Assembly (NCBI RefSeq): GCF_900083515.1
Contig: NZ_LT671858.1
Span: 270,001 to 302,000, forward strand
Length of the DNA stretch: 32,000 bases
Origin: Cuniculiplasma divulgatum
GTDB taxonomy: Archaea > Thermoplasmatota > Thermoplasmata > Thermoplasmatales > Thermoplasmataceae
Direction of reading: 5' to 3'
How positions within the stretch are numbered: the stretch's first letter is position 1; the number at the start of each line of letters is the position of its first letter. Below, piece by piece: positions 8,786-14,684 of this stretch. A model generated the notes under the pieces. That model saw only the letters and a list, made by a program, of their open reading frames with translations, made no database searches and was not told where the DNA came from. A program made the position numbers and the translations under genes.

Positions 8786-8794
8786 TAACTAACC
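8786..8794. repeat. 9-nt direct repeat TAACTAACC, copy 2 (right of the DUF3800 gene)
   Basis: Matches 8067..8075. Confidence 0.45.
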
Positions 8795-8974
8795 GGTCTT
8801 ACCTGTAGGAAGCCATTAATTTACTATTTATAAATTTTCGGAGCAGGCTCTCAATTATACAGCGCTATACCGTTTTGATATTTTTTACAATATTATAGAA
8901 CGTGGATTGCCAGTGTATAACCTAAATAAAAATTCTAAATACTAATAAATCAACATGTTTAACCTTTAGTAGCA

Positions 8975-9047
8975 TGCCGTGAGCCGGGATTGAACCAGCG
9001 ACCTCCAGATCTTCAGTCTGGCGCTCTCCCAACTGAGCTATCACGGC
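8975..9047 (-). tRNA. tRNA-Phe (GAA)
   Basis: The reverse complement folds as GCCGTGA-TA-GCTC-AGTTGGGA-GAGC-G-CCAGA-CTGAAGA-TCTGG-AGGTC-GCTGG-TTCAATC-CCGGC-TCACGGC-A. Anticodon GAA. No encoded CCA. Confidence 0.93.
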
Positions 9048-9069
9048 TGTAGTACGGGAATACTGTCAC

Positions 9070-9079
9070 TTTATTTAAA
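9070..9079. promoter_or_regulatory. TATA-like element, probable tRNA-Phe promoter
   Basis: TTTATTTAAA (minus strand TTTAAATAAA) lies 23-32 nt upstream of tRNA position 1 (9047), the expected distance for an archaeal TATA box. Confidence 0.4.
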
Positions 9080-9154
9080 TCTTTAAGGGATTTTATGGAA
9101 TTCAAAAGCAAGTTGAAAGCCAAATCATTTATTCTTATTAGTATTTACTCAAAC

Positions 9155-9520
9155 ATGATCCCGGGAAAAATGAATTCAAGGGAAGTAAAAAGAATGATGC
9201 AGCAGATGGGAATCAAGCAGGTTGAATATCCCGATGTTAAGAGGGTAGTCATGGAAGCTGGAGAAAAAAACTATATCATAGAAAATCCACAGGTAGTAGC
9301 AATAGAGGCTCAGGGGCAAAAATCCTTTCAGATCACTGGAACACTAAAAGAAGTAATTGGTAAGAAAAAGGAAGTAGCAAAGGAAGGAACAGAATTTCCT
9401 GAAGACGATATAAAACTTGTAATGGAACAGGCCTCAGTTTCAAGGGAAAAAGCAATAGATGCCTTGAAGAAAGCAGAAGGACAGCCGGCGGACGCCATAA
9501 TGAATCTAATGTCCAATTGA
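9155..9520 (+). CDS. nac: nascent polypeptide-associated complex protein (NAC domain plus C-terminal UBA)
   Basis: MIPGKMNSREVKRMMQQMGIKQ...VVAIEAQGQKSFQITG, then the UBA-like EDDIKLVMEQASVSREKAIDALKKAEGQPADAIMNLM. The ORF-track start at 9095 adds 20 non-conserved residues. The ATG at 9155 has an A/T-rich TATA-like stretch about 15-27 nt upstream. Confidence 0.88.
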   Translation: MIPGKMNSREVKRMMQQMGIKQVEYPDVKRVVMEAGEKNYIIENPQVVAIEAQGQKSFQITGTLKEVIGKKKEVAKEGTEFPEDDIKLVMEQASVSREKAIDALKKAEGQPADAIMNLMSN

Positions 9521-9521
9521 T

Positions 9522-10856
9522 ATGGACTACAATGAACTTTTAAAAAAATACAAACTTTCAGGCAATGAAAGGGAGCATAGGAAAAATCTAATAGATAGCT
9601 TAATTAGAAAAATAAGTGTGGTAATAAACGATATGAGTCTTAACGCCTCTCCCGTACTCGTTGGATCATCCGCAAGGGGTACATCACTTAAGAAAAGTGA
9701 TATTGACATATTCATACAGTTCTCAAGTGAATATGATAAAAAGCAGCTAGAAAGTTACGGTCTTGATATTGGATTTAAGGTAATAGGTGATGGAGTGGCA
9801 AAATATGCTGAGCATCCATATGTATCAGGGTTCGTGGATAACATAAAAGTAGATATAGTGCCGTGCTACAGGATGAAAATCGGTGAAAGAACGAGGTCAT
9901 CGGTTGATAGAACTCCACTTCATACAGAATTCTTAAACTCCGTCATGAATGACGAAGAACGGGATCAGGCAATCATTTTAAAACTATTTCTCAAAAGGAT
10001 TGGTGTATATGGTTCTGAACTAAGAACAGAAGGATTTTCGGGATATGTTTCAGAATTATGTATCTACTATCATAAGACGTTTGAAAACTTTCTCCGGTTT
10101 GTAAGAGAATCAAGAGGTCAACTGGTAATCGGTCCTAAATTATCAGAATTTGATTCACCTGTAATACTTATGGATCCAGTTGATAGTAAGAGGAATGCGG
10201 CATCGGCAGTGAGTAAGAAATCACTTTCTATTCTTAGAATTGCCTCTTCACTTTATCTGGAAAACCCTGAGCCAGATTTCATAGATCTAGAAAATGTCAG
10301 CAATATAGAAAGAGAAATTCCGGATAGAAAAACATATCTTCTTTTACTGGAATTAAAAAGGCCAGACTTAATTGATGATATTCTCTATCCACAAATAGAG
10401 CTAATGAAGAGAAACCTCGCAAGTTTTGCTCAGCGAGAGGATTTTACATTGATGAATACATTTAGTTCAGCTAACGAAAAGACAATACAGGTACTTCTAG
10501 AACTTCAGACGGGTTCATTGCCAGGAGTAAAAATTCACGTGGGACCTCCTGCAGATAATCCTAATGCAGTGAAATTTTATGAGAAATACAAAAGCGACCC
10601 GTTGGTTTTAAGAGGGCCGTATGTGAAAAATAATAGGATATATGTGGAGTTGAAAAGGGATGAAACTGACTTCAAGATCATTCTCAAAAGTCAGCTAAAA
10701 AACATAAACTTTGGTCACAACCTCAATTTTCTGAAAGAAAAAATCAGGATTTATACGTCCAGGGAGAAGGTCTTATCATCTATGGTCTACCATGATTTTA
10801 TCTCAGTTCAGGAGCCGCCTGATCTATCCTCCAGAAAAAATCTCGAGAAAAAGTAG
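9522..10856 (+). CDS. cca: CCA-adding enzyme (archaeal class I tRNA nucleotidyltransferase)
   Basis: 444 aa with the nucleotidyltransferase motif GSSARGTSLKKSDIDIFIQF, plus HPYV and SVDRTPLHTEF blocks. Size is typical of archaeal Cca. Starts 1 nt after the NAC stop. Confidence 0.9.
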   Translation: MDYNELLKKYKLSGNEREHRKNLIDSLIRKISVVINDMSLNASPVLVGSSARGTSLKKSDIDIFIQFSSEYDKKQLESYGLDIGFKVIGDGVAKYAEHPYVSGFVDNIKVDIVPCYRMKIGERTRSSVDRTPLHTEFLNSVMNDEERDQAIILKLFLKRIGVYGSELRTEGFSGYVSELCIYYHKTFENFLRFVRESRGQLVIGPKLSEFDSPVILMDPVDSKRNAASAVSKKSLSILRIASSLYLENPEPDFIDLENVSNIEREIPDRKTYLLLLELKRPDLIDDILYPQIELMKRNLASFAQREDFTLMNTFSSANEKTIQVLLELQTGSLPGVKIHVGPPADNPNAVKFYEKYKSDPLVLRGPYVKNNRIYVELKRDETDFKIILKSQLKNINFGHNLNFLKEKIRIYTSREKVLSSMVYHDFISVQEPPDLSSRKNLEKK

Positions 10857-11018
10857 ATCCTGATCCGGAGATACAATAACATCTCTGGTTACCGGTGTCC
10901 CGTTGAGGAGATACACAAATCTTTCATCTGAGATGCCAAGCCTCTCCATTACCTCTCCAACGGAACAGGACTGTTCCAGTTTCTCCGATCTGCTTTGTCT
11001 ACCAACAATTCTTATCAT
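10824..11018 (-). CDS. ubiquitin-like small protein of the ThiS/MoaD/Urm1 (SAMP-type) family, C-terminal GG
   Basis: The 64-aa product ends LNGTPVTRDVIVSPDQDLLFLEIFSGG-stop, the beta-grasp sulfur-carrier/modifier pattern with diglycine directly before the stop. ATG start preceded by GAGGT. Confidence 0.7.
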   Translation of the reverse strand: MIRIVGRQSRSEKLEQSCSVGEVMERLGISDERFVYLLNGTPVTRDVIVSPDQDLLFLEIFSGG

Positions 11019-11022
11019 ATCA

Positions 11023-11027
11023 ACCTC
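11023..11027 (-). promoter_or_regulatory. Shine-Dalgarno-like GAGGT for the ubiquitin-like gene
   Basis: The minus-strand spacer TCGAGGTTGAT lies between the tRNA-Gln discriminator and the ATG. GAGGT is 4 nt from the ATG. Confidence 0.4.
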
Positions 11028-11029
11028 GA

Positions 11030-11102
11030 TAGCCCCGGGCAGATTCGAACTGCCGTCATCGGATCCAAAGTCCGGTATGCTTGGCCACTACACCACGGAG
11101 CT
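11030..11102 (-). tRNA. tRNA-Gln (UUG)
   Basis: The reverse complement folds as AGCTCCG-TG-GTGT-AGTGGCCAA-GCAT-A-CCGGA-CTTTGGA-TCCGA-TGAC-GGCAG-TTCGAAT-CTGCC-CGGGGCT-A. Anticodon TTG. One C:A mismatch at 27:43 and G:U pairs in the D stem. No encoded CCA. Confidence 0.88.
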
Positions 11103-11110
11103 AAGCTATC

Positions 11111-11128
11111 TTAAAAATAATAAAAAAA
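11111..11128 (-). promoter_or_regulatory. T/A tract: likely ferredoxin terminator and tRNA-Gln TATA region
   Basis: The minus strand reads TAA-TTTTTTTATTATTTTTAAGATAGCTT, then the tRNA. The oligo-T run starts at the ferredoxin stop codon, and the TTTATTATTTTTAA stretch lies about 9-24 nt upstream of tRNA position 1. Confidence 0.4.
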
Positions 11129-11560
11129 TTATGGGGTTATTTTAATTGCTCTTGTTGGGCAAACACTTTCACAGGCCATACAGAATATGCATTCATTTTC
11201 TCTTACTGGGTCGCATTTATCTGTTCTGTATTTTTCATAAAGCTGCTTGTCCCCCTTTATGTCCTTATCATTACCAGTACCCATCTGTCCAGGGTTCAGT
11301 TCCCACTCATATAAACTGACTGGGCAGACATCCATGCAGGCCCCATCGGCTATACATGTTTCCCAGTCAATTGCAACCTTAGTGCCATGTATTCCATTCT
11401 TTGTGGGATATGGTTTTCCATCTGCATCGGTCCTCTGTTTACCCTCTGCCCTAACATCATGGTCATGATGCTTACCTGTTACAGGATAGTTCTCCGTGTC
11501 TTCAGCAAAATTTTCATCTATTGGTTTTGGTTTGTAATCCAGATCTTCGAGTTTTACCAC
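11129..11560 (-). CDS. dicluster (3Fe-4S/4Fe-4S motif) ferredoxin with long His-rich N-terminal extension (zinc-ferredoxin type)
   Basis: CIADGACMDVCP (CxxDxxC...CP) and CIFCMACESVCP (CxxCxxC...CP) motifs. An N-terminal extension of about 70 aa contains HHDHD, as in Thermoplasma/Sulfolobus zinc-containing ferredoxins. Confidence 0.88.
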   Translation of the reverse strand: MVKLEDLDYKPKPIDENFAEDTENYPVTGKHHDHDVRAEGKQRTDADGKPYPTKNGIHGTKVAIDWETCIADGACMDVCPVSLYEWELNPGQMGTGNDKDIKGDKQLYEKYRTDKCDPVRENECIFCMACESVCPTRAIKITP

Positions 11561-11820
11561 CTAATCACCTAAACCCATATTATTAGAATGTTATTTAACG
11601 TTTGTGAGCTATATTAATTTTAGACAAAAAGTTACTGAAGATTGAATGAATTCTTGAGAATCTAGAATTTATTTTTAGTGGAAGTTTGCCGCCAATAGGA
11701 TTATCCATGAATTTCTTGTTTGAATCAAAAAATCTAAAACACAAGTTCTTTTGAAGTTTTGTTTACGAAAACTATAAAAGATTGTTGATATATTTTTAAC
11801 TCATAATGTAATAAGGGAAC

Positions 11821-12837
11821 ATGAAAGGATCCTCTGACAAGGTTTTAGACAGAAAGGGTATAGGGGAATTCGTCAGCACTCTGGTTAGGCAACTAAAATA
11901 CAGAAGGGATGATTTCAAGGTAATGGGTCCAAGTGGAGGATTTACCTCTCTGATTGATCTTGGAAATATTGCACTGGCTTTTAATACAGATGGTGTTGGA
12001 ACCAAGGTTTTGTTAGCTGCAGAAGCAAATAAGTGGGAAGGTATAGGAATAGATTGTGTCGCAATGAATGTTAATGATACAATAACAATTGGGGCAGAAC
12101 CCATCGCAATGGTAGATTACGTATCTCTTAGGGACACAGATATAAACATTGCAAAGGAAATTGGTGTCGGCCTGAATGTGGGTGCACAAATGGCCAACAT
12201 CTCTATTGTAGGTGGTGAAACTGCCCTCATTCCCGATCTTGTAAGAGAAATTGACGTTTCAGGATCGGTGATTGGGATAGCTCAAAAAAACCAGATAACC
12301 ACAGGAGAAACAATCAAAGAAGGGGATCTTGTTTACAGTTTACAGAGCAGTGGCATTCATTCAAACGGATTTACCACAGTTAGAAAAATCATAAAAGAAC
12401 AGGGACTAACAATGGACGAAACATTTCCAGGATACAATAAGAAGGTATCAGACGTTTTACTGGAACCCACCAGAATTTACGTGAGGGAAATTCTAGATAT
12501 AATTAACCTTGTCGATATTAAAGGCATGGCGAACATTACTGGGGGTGGCTTTAAGAATCTTGTGAGAATGAAAGATATGAAATATGTAATAGATGACCCT
12601 GTTGAACCACAACCCGTTTTTTCCACGTTAATGGATCTTGGAAATTTATCATATTCTGAAATGTATGAGATATTTAACATGGGAACTGGTTACGTGGTGG
12701 TTATCGATGCCGAGAGTAAACATGATTTTGTAAGTACACTCAGAAATCGCTTATCCATAAGAGAGATCGGTCACGTAGAAAATGGATCAGGTATTGAGAT
12801 ACCAAAATATGGTGTAAACCTGAAGGATTACTACTAA
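11821..12837 (+). CDS. purM: phosphoribosylformylglycinamidine cyclo-ligase (AIR synthetase)
   Basis: 338 aa with DGVGTKVLLA, DCVAMNVND, GGETA, HSNGFT and ITGGG blocks typical of PurM. Confidence 0.9.
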   Translation: MKGSSDKVLDRKGIGEFVSTLVRQLKYRRDDFKVMGPSGGFTSLIDLGNIALAFNTDGVGTKVLLAAEANKWEGIGIDCVAMNVNDTITIGAEPIAMVDYVSLRDTDINIAKEIGVGLNVGAQMANISIVGGETALIPDLVREIDVSGSVIGIAQKNQITTGETIKEGDLVYSLQSSGIHSNGFTTVRKIIKEQGLTMDETFPGYNKKVSDVLLEPTRIYVREILDIINLVDIKGMANITGGGFKNLVRMKDMKYVIDDPVEPQPVFSTLMDLGNLSYSEMYEIFNMGTGYVVVIDAESKHDFVSTLRNRLSIREIGHVENGSGIEIPKYGVNLKDYY

Positions 12838-12847
12838 ACTGTAACTA

Positions 12848-14200
12848 CTAATTTTTATCCACTTGCAATTTTTCAGTTCTTTTGAATTCCCTATATATCG
12901 AAAGTGATTCCTTTCGCATTTCTCTATATTTTATTTCAGATCTTCTGTATTTCTTACATTGCTTTTCGTCACTGTTTTCTGGATCATGAATAAATTCAAC
13001 AGGGCAAGCATCCAGTTCTTTAACCCATTTCTTTATAAATTCTCCATTGGGATCAATTTCAATGCTATTCTTTAAGGGATTGAATATCCTAAAGAATGGC
13101 CATGAAAAGTCAGAGCAGCCACTGACCCATTGCCATGATGAATAATTGTTTGCCTCATCGGCATCCACAAGAGTATCCATGAACCATTCAGCACCATAAG
13201 TCCATTTTATAAGGTACAATTTTGTCAGGAAATCAGATACTAAGAGCCTTTTCCTATTATCAATCCAGCCTGTTTCCCACAATTTTCTCATGCTGCCATC
13301 AATTATGGGAAAACCAGTTTTTCCCTCTTTCCAGTTGATCAGCCTATCCCAATGTCCTGACCACGGAAAATTTTCCATCTTCTCATTTATGGACAGTATA
13401 TTGCTGTATTGCCTTCTGGCATAGGAACAATAGAAGAACTCTCTCCATAAAAGATTTCTTCTAATTTTATCAACTCCTTCACTTTCCTTACCTGAAAGTT
13501 TTTTCCATAATCTCTTTACATTGATCTGCCCATGCCTTATATATGGGGAGAGTTCGGTATTCTTCTTTTCCCGATTGCCCTCTAACCAATTCTTTAAAGT
13601 CAGGTTTGCCGCACTTTCTGAGGTGTCCCAATATTTTGCCAAATTTCTTTCCCATGATGAAAATTCTATTTTCCCATTTGTTCCTTCAGTCTCGTGAAAC
13701 TCCGGTAAGTCTGTGGAGTCCTCTTCACCATAATCAAATCTCATCTCATTTGTTGTTTTGAAGAATTGCCCGAAATTTCCAAAATTAATCTTAATAGTTG
13801 AAATCATTTCGTCTGATAGAAGGTTGTTAGGTTCATACATTTTATTTTCTATCCCTCTGCTTAAGAAATAGTCATTGATTTCATTAAAAGCATATTTCAC
13901 CCTTGGGAATGGAATTTTTTGGGAAACTATTCTTTCAATTTTATTCACGTTAATAATTTCTTTTAAAACAGGAATATAGCTTCCAGAGCTTTCAACAATG
14001 GGTATTCTTTCTATTCCGATTTTATTGGCCAGGTTAGTGAGACTGCTTTTTACCCACCAAAGACTAGCACCACTAAGTTTCTCAAGCTTTGAATCCTTCA
14101 AAAAAATTGGGAAAATTATGTCATCTTTCTTATTTGCGTCTTGAAGAATCTTGTTATCCTCTAGCCGCAGATCGTGTGACAGAATGTAAAGAGTACGCAC
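12848..14200 (-). CDS. phr: deoxyribodipyrimidine photolyase / cryptochrome family protein
   Basis: 450 aa with LSPYIRHGQI, LLWREFFY, TGFPIIDGSMRKL, GWIDNRKR and SSWQWVSG blocks of the FAD-binding domain. GTG start. Confidence 0.88.
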   Translation of the reverse strand: MRTLYILSHDLRLEDNKILQDANKKDDIIFPIFLKDSKLEKLSGASLWWVKSSLTNLANKIGIERIPIVESSGSYIPVLKEIINVNKIERIVSQKIPFPRVKYAFNEINDYFLSRGIENKMYEPNNLLSDEMISTIKINFGNFGQFFKTTNEMRFDYGEEDSTDLPEFHETEGTNGKIEFSSWERNLAKYWDTSESAANLTLKNWLEGNREKKNTELSPYIRHGQINVKRLWKKLSGKESEGVDKIRRNLLWREFFYCSYARRQYSNILSINEKMENFPWSGHWDRLINWKEGKTGFPIIDGSMRKLWETGWIDNRKRLLVSDFLTKLYLIKWTYGAEWFMDTLVDADEANNYSSWQWVSGCSDFSWPFFRIFNPLKNSIEIDPNGEFIKKWVKELDACPVEFIHDPENSDEKQCKKYRRSEIKYREMRKESLSIYREFKRTEKLQVDKN

Positions 14201-14258
14201 ATTATGGTGATAAGGGAATGATTAATAAAGTTAATAAACGAATTTGGCATGGACATTT

Positions 14259-14609
14259 ATGAAGGTTATAGCAGTAGTAGACGAAGAAGATGTGCTTACT
14301 CCTCTAGAGTATGGTAATACAATTGTGGAAATAGACACTGAAACAAAACAGAAGAAGTTCTATGAGAACCCGGGCTTCGGGTCACCGTTCCAGGGAAAAG
14401 AAAGGGCAATGGCTGGAATTCTGACACTTAATGCAGATGCAATTATTGTCAAGGAAGGAGTCCTATGCCCTGGATCATACATGATGTCTAAGGGAAAGAT
14501 GAAATACATTCCTGTGGAAGAAGAGAAATTACAGGAGATAGAACCAAAACTTAACGATATTGCAAAAAATGCTACACCTGAGCTTGATTTCAACATATAC
14601 AGGGAATAA
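14259..14609 (+). CDS. NifB/NifX-like (dinitrogenase FeMo-cofactor-binding fold) family protein, tentative
   Basis: MKVIAVV...IVEIDTETKQKKFYENPG...GILTLNADAIIVKEGVLCPG resembles the small archaeal NifX/NifB-C-terminal-like proteins. I prefer the ATG at 14259 over the TTG at 14244. Confidence 0.55.
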   Translation: MKVIAVVDEEDVLTPLEYGNTIVEIDTETKQKKFYENPGFGSPFQGKERAMAGILTLNADAIIVKEGVLCPGSYMMSKGKMKYIPVEEEKLQEIEPKLNDIAKNATPELDFNIYRE

Positions 14610-14684
14610 ACAAATTTACAAACCTTAATTTTTTAAAAACTTTAATTTTGGCAGTATTTCTTTCAGATTGCTATTAAAAAAAAT

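Noticed and set aside
8735-9047. A partial duplicate of the tRNA-Phe 3' end (att site) that would delimit an integrated element.
   Set aside because: I scanned 7400..8975 by eye for fragments of TGCCGTGAGCCGGGATTGAACC and found none. The islet cannot be called an intact integrated element.
9095-9154. 20-residue N-terminal extension of the NAC ORF (MEFKSKLKAKSFILISIYSN).
   Set aside because: Archaeal NAC proteins are about 115-120 aa. The extension would absorb the A/T-rich promoter-like region shared with divergent tRNA-Phe, so the ATG at 9155 fits better.
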